Positions 55,407-64,000 of a stretch of DNA of 64,000 bases are shown one piece after another (position 1 is the first letter of the stretch; each line of letters opens with the position of its first letter). The notes under the pieces were generated by a model. It saw nothing but the letters and a program-made list of their open reading frames with translations, was not told the DNA's origin and did not search any database. This DNA comes from Octopus vulgaris (taxonomy: Eukaryota): NCBI GenBank assembly GCA_951406725.2, contig OX597826.1, forward strand, positions 57,102,001-57,166,000, read 5' to 3'. Both the position numbers and the translations under genes were made by a program.

Positions 55407-55977
55407 TGAGGGAGTGCTGAAAAGTTCTTGGCTTTAATGGTATCACAGAAAGCCTGGTTGAAGGGCCAACCTTCCGAGTTCTCTTACAGAGCTTAAAAAA
55501 ACAGAACTGCTGCAAAAGTAAGGTTGTGTGTCTGTCTCCTACGATTTAGATTCCTAACTACTCCCACATTTTGCGGTGCAGTTTAACCAAAACCGGGTAT
55601 CTTATAGTCGTGATTCATATCGAGCCCTTCTGGGTACTAGCGCGCATCTACGATGAGTCTACGATTTTAAAAATAATTTACCATCATTTATTTCCATTTT
55701 AATGCATTTTTTTCGCTATTATATATGGGAAGTAACTCTCTAAAAATGTCTACGATGAGTCAACGATTTAAAAAAAAAATTACCATCATTTTTTTTCCAT
55801 TTTAATGCATGTTTTTGCTATTTTTTGGCTATAACTCTCTAAAAATGCTTTATAGTTATTTCCCTTACAAACCCGAGCAACGCCGGGCGATACTGCTAGT
55901 GTTCAATAAAATCATAATTAACTGATCCTACTCTATTTTCTTTTACCCTAAGCCAGGAACTTTTCAGCACCCCCTCG
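55407..55977. mobile_element. Tc1/mariner-type MITE with about 28-bp TIRs and TA TSD
   Basis: TA-TGAGGGAGTGCTGAAAAGTTCTTGGCTT ... AAGCCAGGAACTTTTCAGCACCCCCTCG-TA. Confidence 0.85.
55514..55899 (+). mobile_element. Non-autonomous Helitron nested in the MITE
   Basis: 3' hairpin CCCGAGCaacGCCGGG followed by CTAG|T (55896-55900); internal about 100-bp direct duplication (55648-55848); 5' TC end not seen. Confidence 0.75.
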
Positions 55978-56699
55978 TATGTGTATATTTTTTTGTCAAT
56001 ATGCATTGACAAAGCATTTACAAATCAATGAGAAAACCAATAAACCATTACATTCAAGCAGAAGTACTTTGTGATAGTTATTATATACGAGTTACACAGA
56101 CAGTTCCTCCTAGTATCTCTCATGATTAGAAAAACAGTAGAGCAATAACTGGCCCAGCACAGGCAACACCACCACTGCCATCGTTGTTTTACAAATGGTT
56201 TCCATGTAAGTATGGGTTGGAAGGGTCTACGTACTCAGGGTTAGCACATATTCAAGAGTTCTGCTCCCACAGATCACTTCCTTAATGTTGTAACCAATAA
56301 CACTTATTGTTCATAAAAAGTAACATATATATATATAATAATTTAATGTTGCCAGTAAATTATTCTACTGTATCAAACAGATTGAAACTGAGTTTACTGC
56401 TCTGTTGAATGACTCACTACATAGCGCATGTAATTCTCTCTGTACCTGATTTCAACATTCTATGATAAATTGGCGATAAAATGCTGCCATTTCTTATCCT
56501 CATTTAAACAAAATATTTAAATTTTCAACCCATTTATCATACACAAAGAAACTAAAAGATTTCAGCTGTCTAGCTAAAGTAATAACAGTTAATGAAAACC
56601 AATTGAAGTTTTAATGCTGAAAATGTTACCCACAGAACAGAATATTAATGTTAGTAAAGGGAAACTGCAGAAGCCACAGCATTAAGGAAAGCACCTCTA

Positions 56700-56895
56700 G
56701 ATGGTTACTTCAACCTGCTAAAAATAGCGGCTAAATCTACCTTAAATCATACCCTATTTATGGTTTTTAAAATGGAGGGATGCACTGAATAATATAATTT
56801 CAGATAATATTAAACAGACTTGATTGTCACAGTTGGGATGTTTTGGATTATAAATTTGCTGTAACATGGTAAACCTAGGGTTTAACAACAACAGC
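56700..56895 (+). mobile_element. Family E dispersed repeat
   Basis: tcaacctgctaaaaatagcggctaaatctaccttaaatcatacc...acctagggtttaacaacaac. Confidence 0.6.
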
Positions 56896-57765
56896 AATAA
56901 TATTACTGAAAACAAAAATAAACAAAAAACACCTCAGATTCAGTGGGAGTGAGTGAGGTTTTAATGCAATGATTCGATGAATTAAAGGCAGTGAGAGTCA
57001 TAACATCATATCTTAAACAATGTTTAAGAGTGAGAAAGAATGACAGATGAATAGACAAACAGATAACATAGAGAGAGACAGACAGATGGATGGACAATGA
57101 TAATTAAACAAAAGCCAAAGCTGGTGGAAATTATTTTGCTCAGTATTTGGTGGTGGATGTAATTGAGTGGGAGGAAGCAGAAGGTTAACAGTAAGGTCTA
57201 TAGACACAACTGAACTTAATGGGAAGCCTAATTTGACAGTTTCAGAACCTCCAAGGATTTGCAAGGTTCATATATTTGGGCAGAGAAGTGGGGGTAATGC
57301 CAAACGTGGTGGTGGTGGTGGCAGTGAAGAAGTCAGGGTAAGGAGAAGACTGCTAACTAGCATCTCTGGAAAATACTGGTACTGCCATTAAAAAATATAT
57401 ATAACCCCCACCCATGCAGACACATATAGCATCCTTGATCTTGACAAAGGATTAACTTTTGTAAATTGTCCTGAAATTTACTGTAGACATAAAACATTGG
57501 AATTGTCTGTTATTGCTGTATAATCCAACTATTGTGAGCTTTTAGAAGAGAAATAGATCCAGGGAGCCAGGGCTCTTCCTCATCAGCTCCAAGTGAATCA
57601 GGAGTCGTAAAACTTTTGCTCTTGTTTTACTTCTTCTGATTTTGGTTTTCTATTTTTATTATTCTTTTAATCAGACTTATGAGAATATTGTGATCCAGGG
57701 TGGCTTAAGGAAAGCTACTTTTGCTGCCCCTCCATGTTTACCTTCGCAATTACAAATATACATAC

Positions 57766-57825
<60 letters not shown>

Positions 57826-59240
57826 TCATATACATACATACATACATGCACTGCAGACAATGGAATTTTTCCACGAAGACAAAGACTACAAATAAGATGA
57901 GGATAAGATAAAGGAAAGACACATACCCATACAAGTATTAAGAGATGTTCTGATAGACATTCTCATAAAAATAGATGCTGCGACTAAGAAACCGAAACAG
58001 AGATGCACATATAACACTCCATGCCGCCAATACCCACAAGCATGTATGTATGTGCAAGAAAGTGCATGCATATATGCATATATGTGCATATACATATGCA
58101 CACACAATCATGAGTATTACAGTTGATCTGCATTTTCACACACATTTATCCACAATATAGACAAATATAGTGAACTGTATGCATGCACGCACAAACATGC
58201 AGAGGTAGAACTATAGAAAGGCAGGAAAATGATTAAGATTTGAACATACACTACTTGTTTTAAAATCACTCTCATACATGTGCGTGCACACACACCTTTC
58301 AAAACACAAGCACCTGATTACCTTTAAGATGTTCCAGAGAACATAAACACAAACAATATTTTTTTGGGGAAAAAATGTAGTGATAGAAGCTGTAAGAAGG
58401 CAAGGTCAAACAGTGAAAGAAGGAGACTGCAGTGAAGAATAATAAAAAAAGGAAAGCCTTAATTATTGGCAGTAGTGGAAGAGGTTTGATCTATGTGACA
58501 ACTTGATGTTAACATCAGAGACAAGGTACACCATGTCCCATCACAGCTCCCTCCATTGACATGAGACACTCACACACACACACACACACACATGCTTCAA
58601 GTCAAAAGGAGAGAACATTTATGTCAACTGGAAACAAGTGAATGTCCGTTGGCACAAATCTCTTGATATTTTATTCATTTAAGCAGAACCCAAAAGATTT
58701 TGGTGCAAGGGGTGGTAGGTAATGAGTGGACGGAAAAGGGGTGCAAGGGAAGGAAAAGCAGTGAACATGTGACAACTTTGCAGTAGAAAATCGTAAACTC
58801 CAGTTTGGACATCTCTATTTATGAGTTCAGGAAATTTATCTTTCTTATGTTGTCAACTTACAAAGAGTAACCAACAATTCATCCGTATGGAGCAGAATGT
58901 GTGCATGTGTGTGTGTGTGTGTGTGTGTTTGTATTGTGTGCACACACTTGTGCCAGGTACAGCTGCTTAAACTAATTCTGTGTCATGACAGCCTGAAGGG
59001 TAGATGGTCCATATTAAGACAAAGAGCATTGCATTGAATCTAAGGCTACAATATTTATATCCCAATAGAGCAAGCTGGTCTACTTCTAAGCAAGTATCAT
59101 GTATAGAAAAATACACATCTGATAGTACAGATCACCAGTTGACATATGTTGGTCATTTTTTCATTTTTGTGAGCTGACATCAAAACACATCATAGGTATA
59201 GCATGGAGAAATTTGGCTTATACAAAGTAAATTTGTTCTC

Positions 59241-59606
59241 TCTCTTTTTACTCTTTTACTCTTTTACTTGTTTCAGTCATTTTGACTGCGGCCATGTTGG
59301 AGCAGCACCTTTAGTCGAGCAAATCGACCCAGGACTTATTCTATCGGTCTCTTTTTGCCGAACCGCTAAGTGACTGGGACGTAAACACACCAGCATCGGT
59401 TGTCAAGCACATACACACAGACACACACACACATATATATATATGACAGGCTTTTTTCAGTTTCTGTCTACCAAATCCATTCACAAGGCATTGGTCGGCC
59501 CAGGGCTATAGCAGAAGACACTTGCCCAAGATGCCACGCAGTGGGACTGAACCCAGAACCATGTGGTTGGTTAGCAAGCTACTTACCACACAGCCACTCC
59601 TGCGCC
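59241..59606 (-). mobile_element. Family A SINE, near full length with two internal deletions
   Basis: Tail ctcttttact x3; head cctgcgcc at 59606. Confidence 0.92.
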
Positions 59607-59826
59607 TATAGGTATCCTGTTCTATAGATATTATATGAAGACAAGTATCCAGTTGTGCTCTAATGGCCAAAATACATTGCCTCCCTTATTCAATCAAAAA
59701 TTTAAATATTCGACACATTAGGACACAGGTATGATGGTATAATTAAGAAGATTGCTTTATGATAATATGGCTCTAGATCTGACCTTACTTTTGGTCAAAT
59801 GTCTTCTACCATGGATTATGGTTGGC

Positions 59827-59887
<61 letters not shown>

Positions 59888-59980
59888 CATATACATATAT
59901 ATATATATTTATATATATATACATACATATATATACATATATATATACATGTACATATGTATACATATATATATACATAT

Positions 59981-60146
59981 ATACGACGGGTTTCTTTCAG
60001 TTTCCGTCTCCCAAATCCGCCCACAAGGCTTTGGTTGGCCCGAGGCTATAGTAGCAGACACTTGCCCAAGGTGCCACATAGTGGGACTGAACCCAAAACC
60101 ATGTGGTTGGTAAGCAAGCTACTTACCACACAGCCACTTCTGCGCC
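59981..60146 (-). mobile_element. Family A SINE head only, ending in a (TA)n array (59829-59980)
   Basis: atacgacgggtttctttcag...cagccacttctgcgcc. Confidence 0.88.
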
Positions 60147-60364
60147 AATATATATATAAATAAATAAATAAATGCACTAATCGAATTATACATAATTGTC
60201 CAAATCATATATATAAATATATATATACACACACACATATATATGCCTGTATGTGTATACATGTGTGTGTAAGTGCACATACATATGTTTGTATGTATAT
60301 ATATTCATTCATTTTATATCCCATTTTCTATACTAGTATAGGTTATGTATTTATAAACATCATT

Positions 60365-60490
60365 GTTTTAGATTCGTTTTCCATGCTGGCATTGATTGGA
60401 TGATGATATCTTATCCAAATTTGGGCTTGGCTTCAACAGCTGGATGCTCTTTCTAATGCTAACCACTTTTACAGAGTGTAATAAGTGCAC
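60365..60490 (-). mobile_element. Diverged family B fragment
   Basis: cgttttccatgctggcat...cagctggatgctctttctaatgctaaccacttttacagagtgta. Confidence 0.6.
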
Positions 60491-60735
60491 CAGAGAAGAC
60501 AAGAGTGAGAGAGTAACATACAAAAACATACAAACACACACACATACACACACACAAATACACACTCTCTGATAATGGACTCATCTTAAACAATACAGTT
60601 CAGTCACAAATATTTGCCAACACATACATTGTATAGCAAATTCCAAATTATTCAATAAAATTCATTTTTATTGTTGTGGTAGTGCACACACACATGCATA
60701 CACACATGCATACAAATAGATAGATAGATAGATAG

Positions 60736-60775
<40 letters not shown>

Positions 60776-61164
60776 GGGTAATAATATTAATCTAGATTTG
60801 TTTAAACAAACAGAAACATATTGACTGTGTATTTATTAAAATATAAGGATATCATTCGATGCACACAAATACACAGATACACACTTTGTCAGTGTCTATC
60901 ACCGTAAACAAACATAGACACATCAAACTATCTTGTCGCACAGCGTTAAGTTATTTACATATTTTATGTTGTTAATATGTCAATGTTGCAATATAATATA
61001 TATTCACACACACACACACACAAACACACATACACACACAGAAATATATGTACACTATTATAAATGCATTATTTTTATGTGTGTATGTGTAAATACATAT
61101 ATGTATGCACATGCATATACGCTCATACAAATGTATACATACATGTTTTTATATGAAAATACAA

Positions 61165-61350
61165 ATACACACACACACATATATGTATACACACACACAT
61201 ATATGTATACACACACACATATATGTATACACATACACATATATGTATACACACACACACACATATGTATACACACACACACACATATATGTATACACAT
61301 ACACATATATGTATACACACACACACATATATGTATACACATACACATAT
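61165..61350. repeat. Tandem 18-26 bp (CA)nTATATGTATA minisatellite
   Basis: Repeated acacatatatgtatac units. Confidence 0.85.
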
Positions 61351-61557
61351 TCACAAGTACATCTCCACATAGACATGCGTGCCCACACACACACAGCCAA
61401 ACACCTCCCTTTATTTCCTATATATAGCATAAACATACTAATGGCTGGACATTAATGCCACCATCAAAAATATAAAAAAAAAAGAGAAAAAAACTCCATT
61501 CATTCTCACATGTATCATATGTACATTAATGTATAGACATATGGTGCACAAAGGCCA

Positions 61558-61602
<45 letters not shown>

Positions 61603-62938
61603 CATGCACACACACACACACATCAGCTTGCATATAGATATTCACATACACATACAAATATAGAATGCATGCACATTAACACATGCATACACAGACCATG
61701 CTTGCTAATTCAATGACCCTTTCACTACTCTTTTAAAAAAAAAAAAAAAGTCAGATAACATTCAGTTGGTAGCAAAATAAAAGGCTGGTTGAGATTTTCT
61801 AGAATAGTTATATTGCTCAAGAGGGGAACAGTAAGCAGGATCGTGGGGAGATGGGGGGTGACTTTAAAGCAGATAACTGTTGATAGTATATACACATCAT
61901 ACACATGGCCACCCACACAATACCATCATAGTCATATAACAGTATATATAGCAAAGATCACCCATAGATTTGTAGGAAACTATTGACTGAATTAGTAGAA
62001 GCTAGCTCTCTCTCTGTCTGTCTGTCTTTCTCTCTCTCACACATACATACATACACACTCACATATATACAATACAGCTATTAATCACACACACACACAA
62101 ACACACATGCGCGCGCACACACACACACACACACACACATGCACACACATATTTAGTATGTGGCTGACAGATTCCCAACAGACAGAAAGATAAGATAAAA
62201 ACCTATTATCACAGAATTTATCAGACAATTTATCAGCCGTTTAAAACAAAATAAAATAAAATAAAAATTCAAATAAAAAATACGGAGAGAAAGGGTAAGG
62301 AGGTATAAGAAAGAATACAGCACAGACACACATACATATGAACATATGCTTCTGTGTATGTGTATGTATATATATATATATATATATAAATATATGTGTG
62401 TGTGTGTGTGTGTGTGTGTATGTACAAATACATACACATTTCACTATCATGAGCACCATCACTAACATCATATTAAGTTTCACAATCCCTTTCTCTTAAA
62501 TACACCTAAGGGGCAGTCACAGGCAGAGTGTGAAGAAATAAAAATAAGTATAGGAATAGTTTGTGTGCATATGTGTGTGTGTGTGTGAAAGAGAGAGAGA
62601 ATGGCTATTCATATAGAAGGCAGTGGGTATCCGAATAAATATTTGGAAAAAAACATACTTGTTGGTTTTGCGTTGTATTCAGTGTTACTAATTGTCTTTA
62701 ATGAAACAGTGGCTGATGAAGTAAATAGTTGGTGAAATTACAAGATGTTCAACAAAGCAACTTGTGGTTAATTTTTTCATATTTTGAGTAAGTTTTTAAA
62801 ATCTGTTTTGAGGTCCACTCTTTCCATTGCTGAATTCAAATAGGTATAAAGTCATAGTACTAGCTGCAGGCTGAGTTGTTGGGTACTCTCAGTTATTAAA
62901 TATCTTGCACTGAATTAAAATTCTTTGGTCTGGATTCA

Positions 62939-62981
<43 letters not shown>

Positions 62982-63693
62982 TGCATATATACAAACACAT
63001 ATATTCACTGAACCATACTGTCTGTGTAACTCAGGATAGCATTAATCCTGTCTAATCTACCAATCTCTCTGACACTAATTTTCCTAATCACTCTACGATG
63101 CCACCCATGTAGCAGAGGATGATACTGGATTTATCCATATTCAGTTTATCCTGCCACCATCTTTATCACTTAACTTATCTTGCCCACAATGTGGCCCCCT
63201 CCCTCTCTCTCTCTCTCTCTCTCTCCCCTCTCCCTCTCTCCCTATATATATATAAGATATTGCATTTTAAATATTTGTATATGACACATTCCTCCAATGG
63301 TCAATCTTATCATTAACTGCCTCAGTCACTATTCATTATTCTCTTTTTTCCAACTCCTTACTTGCAACACAGTGCTTCTATCAACATACTCTCACACTCA
63401 GCATTTACCCATTCTGGTTTTTCTATCATCAGCGTCTCTACAATTTCCTGTGCTGATAAATATAGTAGTGAGGACTCTTACAATATAGAAGGTGACCTCA
63501 TTAGTGTTGGGCCCATGATAAAATGCCCCCAATAGCATTTTGTAAACTAGCTGGTAAAAGAGCTCAGTCAGTACAGGGTTGAGAGGCTCCTTGACAACCT
63601 CTCTACCTATATTGTGATGATAAAATACACCAATGACACTCTGAGTGTAATAGGTCATATGAAGGGTATCCAGCCAAGGAAATCAAGCCTTAA

Positions 63694-63913
63694 CTCTTTA
63701 GTGTTCAGATTATTCTGTCAAATGTGATGTTAGTTTATTTTAAATGGTTTGAATTAATCATGCATTATCTTGTAGTTTAGAGATTTCGGTGATGAGAATT
63801 TTTAGTTTTAGAACGACATGGTTGGGCTGAGATGAAAGGTGAGATCTGGTCAGTTTCAATATATAACAGGTTAAATATTTTGGCCAGATATGGCCGGTTC
63901 GAATGCTAAAGGG
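63694..63913. mobile_element. piggyBac-type MITE (second family, TTAA TSD)
   Basis: TTAA (63690-63693) CTCTTTAGTGTTC ... GAATGCTAAAGGG TTAA (63914-63917). Confidence 0.78.
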
Positions 63914-64000
63914 TTAAATGAAATATACAAGTGACACATGGTCCTTGTATCCATAATGCAAGGCAGTAAACTCCAAGAGAACTGACTTGGACAATGAAAA

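Overview
AT-rich, gene-poor eukaryotic DNA. From its SINE families and extreme microsatellite load it is most likely a coleoid cephalopod (Octopus-like); this is inference from recalled repeat consensus sequences, not a database result. No intact protein-coding gene is supported: nearly all ORFs in the track are microsatellite or SINE translations. The window is a mosaic of (TA)n/(CA)n/(GA)n/(ATT)n/(TATG)n/(GATA)n arrays, at least five dispersed SINE-like families, TTAA (piggyBac-type) and TA (mariner-type) MITEs, a non-autonomous Helitron, and fossil fragments of four retroelement classes (Ty1/copia RT, Penelope-like RT, R4/Dong-like endonuclease end, RTE-BovB-like 3' end). The strongest non-repeat signal is a minus-strand consensus recursive splice (ratchet) site, TTTTCAG|GTAAGT at 45976/45975, behind a 182-nt AG-free zone. 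Together with a weaker second site at 54826/54825 and a candidate 81-nt exon at 20392-20472, it suggests the window lies inside giant introns of a minus-strand gene that may be spliced recursively. Other points of interest are Penelope-type hammerhead ribozyme relics, inverted SINE pairs (possible ADAR substrates), a MITE-end tandem array and a three-level TE nest.
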